From Octopus vulgaris (Eukaryota), in the NCBI GenBank assembly GCA_951406725.2, contig OX597839.1, forward strand, positions 4,464,001-4,528,000: 64,000 nucleotides of DNA. The letters run 5' to 3'. Each line of letters starts with the position of its first letter. Position 1 is the stretch's first letter. The notes beneath the pieces were generated by a model, which was given only the letters and a program-made list of their open reading frames with translations, was not told where the DNA came from and did no database searches. Of this stretch, positions 55,962-64,000 are shown piece after piece. The translations under genes were made by a program, and so were the position numbers.

Positions 55962-55983
55962 TAATAATAAATAATAATAATAA

Positions 55984-56016
<33 letters not shown>

Positions 56017-56046
56017 TAATAATAATAAAATAATAATAATAATAAT

Positions 56047-56078
<32 letters not shown>

Positions 56079-56260
56079 ATGATAATAATAAATAAAATAT
56101 TAATAATAATAATAATAATTAATAATAATAATATTAATAATAATAAATAATAATAATTAAAATAATAATAATAATAATAATTAAAATAATAATAATAATA
56201 ATAATAATAACAGCAAGAACAATAACAATGACAAGAGCAACACCACCACCAACAATAATA
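55690..56260. repeat. (CAT)n/(AAT)n microsatellite
   Basis: Direct tandem repeat. Confidence 0.92.
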
Positions 56261-56849
56261 ATATTTTAAATTTTTAATTTGTAGCATCTTTTTACTCTTT
56301 CACTGTTAACTTTTTTCTCCGTGTGCATATTTGAATCTGTGCGCATGCGTACGGGAATATGAGTTTTTCTACATATGTGTGTGCATTAATGTTTGTTTGT
56401 CGTTATTGCTGTTGTTTTCTCGCCTCCGGTCAACCCTGAAAGAACCGGTGTGTGTGTACGTGACTCCATAAGTATGTATATGTAAGTTTGTGTGTGTGTG
56501 TGTGTGTGTGTATACGTTTGACAGTTGACTTTAAGTCGAAGAGTGCGTTTGTATGCGTGTATGTTTCTGCGTGTGCGCACATTTCCTCTTTTGCAGTTGA
56601 GGTTCAAAGTTTATGTGTACATGTGTATATGTGTATGCATGCGCATATGTATGTATTTGTGTGTGTGTGTATGATTGTCAGTATCCGTGAATGTACATGT
56701 GTGCGTTTTCTTCTTTCCACTTTACGATTGCGTGCATTTATGCTTCGGCTTGTGTGTATAAGCGTGTAGTCTATGAGCATATAGATATGCATAACTATAT
56801 ATATATATGTCTGTGTGTGTGTGTGTGTCTGTGTGTCTGCGTGTATAAA

Positions 56850-56940
<91 letters not shown>

Positions 56941-56956
56941 ATATGTATATATATAT

Positions 56957-57162
56957 AGTTAATCCAAACATGAAAACACAAAGAGAAAACACATAAACTC
57001 GAGGACGTGGAACAAGTATAGTATTATTGGACGCTCAGGAAAGAAGGAAAGGAGTAGGGTTTAACGTTTCGAGCGGAGCTCTTCGTCAGAAACATAGGAA
57101 GAGGAAAGACCCAAAGAAGGGAAGACGGAGGAAAAAATCGCCAACGGTACACACGCGGTCAT
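56957..57162 (-). mobile_element. Minimal-hammerhead repeat (motif 57059-57093), family of 28614
   Basis: gttt CTGACGA a gagc-tcc-gctc GAAA C GTT aaac; stems I and II are perfect. Confidence 0.8.
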
Positions 57163-57259
57163 ATATATATATATATATATTTAAAAATAGGATAAAATCT
57201 TTATAAGAATATCGTACCGATACTTAATAAATAAACAGTTGTGATCGAGACCTGATGAC

Positions 57260-57301
57260 AATTGTCCGATGAACGAGACCGTAAAACTCAGAGTAGCAAT
57301 T
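57260..57301 (+). ncRNA. Hammerhead-like motif, CCGANGA core variant (family of 19271)
   Basis: aattgt CCGATGA acg-agac-cgt AAAA ctc-a-gag TA gcaatt; 6-bp stem I; G12 is replaced by A. Confidence 0.5.
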
Positions 57302-57440
57302 TTTTTGTGAGGTATTTTGCAGCTGTAATAACAAAGCATATTACTCTACCTTCGGGATTCGAGTAGTGTTTTTACACCTTGTTTTGCATCTATGTACACT
57401 CCCTCTCCTTCTCTCTCTCATTCTGTATATATATATCACG

Positions 57441-57973
<533 letters not shown>

Positions 57974-58188
57974 GATAGATTGATAGTAGAGAGATAGAAA
58001 GAGATAGATAGATAGATACACATGTCTACTGATATCCCTCTGTATCTATATGCTAATTCATTTATATATGCATCTATTTACTTATGGACCTATCTAGTAA
58101 CTCATCTATGTATACGTCAATATGACTTTGTACCTCTCTGTCTGTATCTATATCTCACACCCTTTCTCTCTCTCGCTCTCTCTCTCTT

Positions 58189-58254
<66 letters not shown>

Positions 58255-58635
58255 CTCCATTTAACTTCCTATCGATCTACCTTAGCGATTATACGTCTCC
58301 ACCTTTACTTCCACCACCATCTTTTATTCTAATTTTTTTCCTTTATATCTTTTCCCCATTTTCTTTCATTATTTTTCTTTCCTCTTTTCTTTCCTTTTTT
58401 CTCTAATTTTTTTCTTCAATATTTCTTCTTTTTTTCTTTTCATTCTCCCCTGCGAGTAATCGTGTCTCCTGCTGGCTTATTATGCCGTAATGTGATACCT
58501 GGAATGTGAGAATGTGCAATATCCTTCCTGCCCTCCGAACATTGAAGAGTGTAATGAAATACATCGTGGAAAGAAACATATAAATAATAAATTGAGAAAA
58601 GGAAAACGGCAGATACGAAGAATAAAGTGAGAGAA

Positions 58636-58666
<31 letters not shown>

Positions 58667-59005
58667 GAGTGAGAGAGAGAGGAGGAGCGAGCAAGAAAAA
58701 GCGAGAAAGAGAGAGCAAGAAAAGAGAGAAAGAGGAGAGAGAATCAGAAGGAAACTCAGAGATTGAGATAAGGAGTGAGAAACAGAGAAGAGAGAAACTG
58801 TGAGGAAATGAGAGATAGATGGAGACTTATAGATAGATAAATGGAGAGAAAAAGTGAGAGAGAGAAAGGGAGAGAGAAAGTGAGAGAGACAGAAGCAGAA
58901 GGAAGAACAAATAAATGAGAGAGAGAATAGATAGAATAATTCTAGAGAAATAGAAACAGACGCTAAAGACAGTGAAATGACAGTGGAAGAAAGAGGTATA
59001 GTGTA

Positions 59006-59108
<103 letters not shown>

Positions 59109-59592
59109 AGTATATATATGTATATATATATGTATATATATATGTATATATATATGTGTATATATATGTGTATATATATGTGTATATATATGTATATGTA
59201 TATGTATATATATATATGTATATATATATATGTATATATATATGTATATATATGTATATATGTATATATATGTATATGTATATATATGTATATATATATA
59301 TGTATATATATATATATGTATATATATATGTACATATATATATATATGTATATATATGTATATATATGTATATATATATGTATATATATATGTATATATA
59401 TGTATATATATATGTATATATTTATATATATATATATATATTTATATATATGTGTATATATATATGTGTATAGATAGATAGATAGATAGTTAGATAGATG
59501 TGTGTGTATATGTGTGTATATGTGTGTGTTGAAATTATGTTATTTTAAAACAATTTTCCGAATAACAACTAAAGATTTTACAATAGAATGTA

Positions 59593-59594
<2 letters not shown>

Positions 59595-59632
<38 letters not shown>

Positions 59633-60435
59633 ATAGAAGAAAAACGTCAAGTCCGAGGAAAAGAATGAAAACAAGAGACTAAGTGAGAGAGAGAGGGAGA
59701 AAAAGAGAGAGAGAGAGAAGAGAGTGAGAGGGATGTAGAGAGAGAGAGAGACAGGTAAAAAATTAAATAAAATCGATAAATACAGATAGAGCGAGACAGA
59801 GACATACAGAGCTAGAGAGAGATAGAGAGAGATAGACAGAGATTAAGTTATATGGATAGAGAATAAGAGAGGGAGAGAGAGAGAGAGAGGGAGAGAAGGA
59901 TAGAGAGAGAGAGAGACATAGAGAGACAGAGAGAGAGATAGAGATAGACAGAGATAAAGTTATTTAGATAGAGAGAATAAGAGAGGGAGAGAGAGAGAAG
60001 GAGAGAGAGAGAAGGAGAGAGAGAGAAGGAGAGAGAGAGAGGAGAGAGAGAGAGGGAGAGAGAGAGAAGGAGAGAGAGAGAAGGAGAGAGAGAGAAGGAG
60101 AGAGAGAGAAGGATAGAGAGATAAATAAATTAAATGAAATCGATGGATACAGATAGAGAGAGAGACACACACACACAGAGCGAGATAGAGAGAGAGAGAG
60201 ACAGAGAGAAAGTTATATAGATAGAGAAATTAGTAAAGGAGAGAGGGAGAGAGAGAGATGTAGTGGGATATGGAGAGAGAGTTAGAGAGAAAGGGAGAGA
60301 GAGACAGAGATGAAATGATATAAATACCGAGAGTGAATAAGAGAGAAAGAGAGGAGAAAGAGATAAACAGAGATTAAGTGAGATCGATAGATACAGAGAG
60401 AGATAGCGAGAGGGATACGTACACACACACTGAAC

Positions 60436-60471
<36 letters not shown>

Positions 60472-60507
60472 TGCACACAAACACACACACACACACACAT
60501 AGAGCAG

Positions 60508-60541
<34 letters not shown>

Positions 60542-60690
60542 AACAGACAGACAAACAGAGATTAAGTGATATGGATAGAGAGAATAAGTAAGAGGAAGAG
60601 AAGTAGAGGGAGATGTATAGAGAGGCTGAGAGAGCTGTAGAGAGAAGTAGAGAGAGAGAGGGAGAGAGAAATAAATAGAGATTAAGTGAG

Positions 60691-60724
<34 letters not shown>

Positions 60725-60794
60725 AATAGGTAAGAGAAAGAGATAGACTAAGAGAGAGATAGCGATAAAGTGAGAGATTGGGTGAACAAGAGAT

Positions 60795-60846
<52 letters not shown>

Positions 60847-60931
60847 TAGGTAAGAGAAAAAGATAAACTAAGAGATATAGCGATAAAGTGAGAGATTGGG
60901 TGAACAAGAGATAGAAAGATAGATAGATAAT

Positions 60932-60974
<43 letters not shown>

Positions 60975-60983
60975 GTAGCTAGG

Positions 60984-61050
<67 letters not shown>

Positions 61051-61060
61051 GTAGATAGAT
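59595..61060. repeat. GA-rich low-complexity tract with recurrent agagattaagt motif and a ~118-120-bp duplication
   Basis: gtaagagaaa...gatagcgataaagtgagagattgggtgaacaagagatagaaagatag at about 60730 and 60850. Confidence 0.85.
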
Positions 61061-61460
61061 GGAAATGGTGATTGTGTAAAGCTGTGAAGAGAGATAAGCG
61101 AAAGGTGTTGGATAAATATAACGAAACAAGTAGAAAAATTTAAATAAAAGTTATAGAAATGTAAATCGAATAATTTTGACGTCACGGATCAATGATATAA
61201 ATTACATTCACAAGATAACATCCACAAATACACAGAGAATCAGACGCAGTAATACGCTGCTACATACACACATACACAAACAGTGATGCATATATATCCG
61301 TTACATGGGTGTGTTGCAGTACAATATCCGCCATTTATATGTAAATGTTTGTAAATAATATATATGAGAGACGTTTATGAACTTATATTTTTCTCAATGG
61401 ACAGCGGTCATGATGGGCATCGGAGAGGGTTCAGTCGAACAAATCGACCCCAGTTTTAAT

Positions 61461-61491
<31 letters not shown>

Positions 61492-62363
61492 TTCACTTTT
61501 ATTGTTTGATACTTATTTCCTCAGCCGAGTACAAAAAGATGGAACAGTTTTATACGAATACTTGCAGAAATACCCGGTGTTGCCTGTGTTACATTCTATC
61601 GAAGAACTAAACTTTTCTGTTATATTTTCTGTAATGAACTGGAATATCTATGTTTCGAATTTCATCAAAATTGCAGATGATGGTTATTTCCCTCTTTACA
61701 CAAATTAAAAAAATTGTAATCGTGCGACATGTATCCCATACTACTGATTTTTATGCGCATATTCCCAAATTCCAGTCTTATTGAACCTGTTAAAAAGATT
61801 TTGCTCCTGAAAAATGAAGATCATGGAGCTCTAAAATGTGAGAGTTAAGGCCCCTGTTGGGAGTGGGCATCTTAATGTCAACCAGAGAAGTTGAATTGTT
61901 GAGAATCTTTTTAACTTGGGTCTTTTATCTATTGTTTGAATTTCTTTGAAATATGAAATATATCTTCACTGGGTTTGTAAGAGAGAGCAAAGCTACGGGA
62001 AATCAAAAGACGAATGATCACATTAAGCAGTCAGCTACCCTACCCTAGTCGTTACCACTCCCAGTGTAGGATTCCTCACCATCCAGGTGACAGGCACAGC
62101 CGTAAGATGCATTACGAATGTATAGCAATTGGAAGGGCGTGACCCAACTGAAATAAACATTAACAGCTGCGTGATGTGAGGGCTAATGAGATATGAAAGT
62201 GTAACCTCAGGGGTTTGCAAATAACCACTATACTGATACGTAACTGGACAGAATAAATTTACAATCTATAAATGTCTTTGAATAAGCAATCACTCATCTG
62301 GGAAGGCCTTGAAATCAATGTTACCAAGATATGTATGACCAAGATGGTATATAATATATATAT

Positions 62364-62665
62364 ATCACCGTGATCACCGTGACAAACCAGGCTATCAGAT
62401 GTTGCTACACATCACTGGTCACAATGCGCTTCGCCTTCAAATGACGCCACCCCGCTGGCTAAGCGAGCAGGCCAACAGAAGAAAGAATGAGAGAAATTTG
62501 TGACAAAATAGTACAGTAGGGATCGCCACCACACTCTGCCGGAGCCTCGTGGAGCTTCAGGTGTTTTCGCTCAATAAACACTCACAACGCCCAGTCTGGG
62601 AATCGAAACCGCGATCCTACAACCGCGAGTCCGCTGCTCTAACCACTGGGCCATTGCGCCTCCAC
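62364..62665 (-). mobile_element. SINE family C, tail type 2
   Basis: Matches 36774. Confidence 0.88.
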
Positions 62666-62690
62666 ACACACACACACACACATATATATG

Positions 62691-62751
<61 letters not shown>

Positions 62752-62794
62752 GTACATATATATATGTGTATGTATGTACACACACACACATACA

Positions 62795-62849
<55 letters not shown>

Positions 62850-63469
62850 GCATGTATGTATTAGGTGTGTGTGTATACGCCTGTTTCTGAAGGCCCGTAT
62901 GAATATATACATATACGAAAGTCTAGTTCTGTATATACACATATATTAACTCTGACTCCATCTTTTCCCTCTTCCTCTCTCTCTCTCTCCCTCTGTCTCC
63001 CAAAATGTGCACTTCCTCTTGTTTCTATATCCCATGAACCTTTATTTTTTTCATATAAATTCTGCTTTTTTTTCTCCCTCAATTTATAAATTAATGTCTT
63101 CTTAAAAATAACGTAGAATTTAACTTTAATTAAAATTGTTTATATTCCCGACGGCATGAATTCTTTTGGTGCTTGAGAGCCGCTTTTAATGCATTCATGG
63201 TTGCGCATGCGTGCATATGTAGTTTCAAATACATACAAACACACTGTGCGATTAGAAGCACATGATTATAGGGAAAATTGTATCGATATGTATACATATA
63301 TATATATATATATATAGTTTTGAATATATGTTATATATCTGATGTGTGTGTCTCACTGTCTCCCCCTCTCTCTCACTTTATATTTATATATGTGTGTGTG
63401 TGTATGTTAGTGAGTGTGTGTGCGTGTTTGTGTGCATGTGTAGAGCATATTTTTATCTTCTATTTATTG

Positions 63470-63655
63470 CTTCTTTCAATCATTAGACGGCGGCCGTGCT
63501 GGGGCACCACCTTGGAGAATTGTAGTCGAACGAATCGACCTCAGTTGTAGCCAGCGAGGCGGCGTCATTTGAAGGCTAAAGCAATGCGAAGCGCATCGTG
63601 ACCAGCGATATGTAACAACATCTGATAGCCTTGTCGGTCACGGTGGTCACGGTGA
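63470..63655. mobile_element. Fused fragments: family A tail (minus) and family C tail type 2 (plus)
   Basis: gcggccgtgctggggcaccacc...tagtcgaacgaatcgacc, then agccagcgaggcggcgtcatttgaaggctaaagcaatgcg...gtcacggtgat. Confidence 0.75.
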
Positions 63656-63746
63656 TATATATATATTATGTGTGTGTCTGTGTGTGTATACATAAACAAA
63701 GCAGTGACACCGAAAAAACCCAGATGTTATGTAAGGAACTTCATTT

Positions 63747-63800
63747 GCTTACAATTGTTTCTGCTATAGCAGGATAATATCTTATAGCTTCATCAGAGGC
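63747..63800 (-). ncRNA. Type I hammerhead motif with palindromic stem III
   Basis: gcct CTGATGA a gctata-agatattatcctgc-tatagc a GAAA caattg TA agc; stem I is short. Confidence 0.6.
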
Positions 63801-63832
63801 TTGACATTATTAGGGAGAGTTGCATTTTCACA

Positions 63833-63868
<36 letters not shown>

Positions 63869-64000
63869 TATATTCTTCCACCGTCTAGGCTTAAAAAAGC
63901 CCTCAATGTTGGTTTCCTTGTCCTGTTTTTATTCTTTATGTGTACTATATTTTTATTTGTATTGCTTTTACGTCCTGTTCTTGTCACTTTTTTTCTTCTT

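Overview
Repeat-saturated, AT-rich eukaryotic non-coding DNA (intron or intergenic). The SINE families and microsatellite load resemble an octopod cephalopod (Octopus-like) genome; this is recognition from memory, not a database result. No host protein-coding gene can be supported, and almost every entry in the ORF track is a microsatellite read-through artefact. The real content is: three tRNA-derived SINE lineages, several with target-site duplications; fossils of CR1-group, RTE, R4/Dong-like and Penelope-like retroelements; three mariner fossils, one carrying a five-copy ~159-bp internal tandem amplification and a SINE inside its left TIR; two copies of a 9-bp-TSD MITE with internal telomeric CCCTAA repeats; a palindromic TA-flanked MITE; a 2.3-kb CCAA/CCAG/CCGA satellite with higher-order periods; and an array of ~53-bp palindromic units. 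The most interesting hidden signal is about 15 type I hammerhead-ribozyme-like motifs from at least six short Penelope-type repeat families. These include a near-canonical hammerhead at 27725-27795, a family that appears to carry two ribozymes in tandem, and families with fixed non-canonical cores. Second is a SINE-LINE shared 3' tail whose hairpin shows compensatory base changes.
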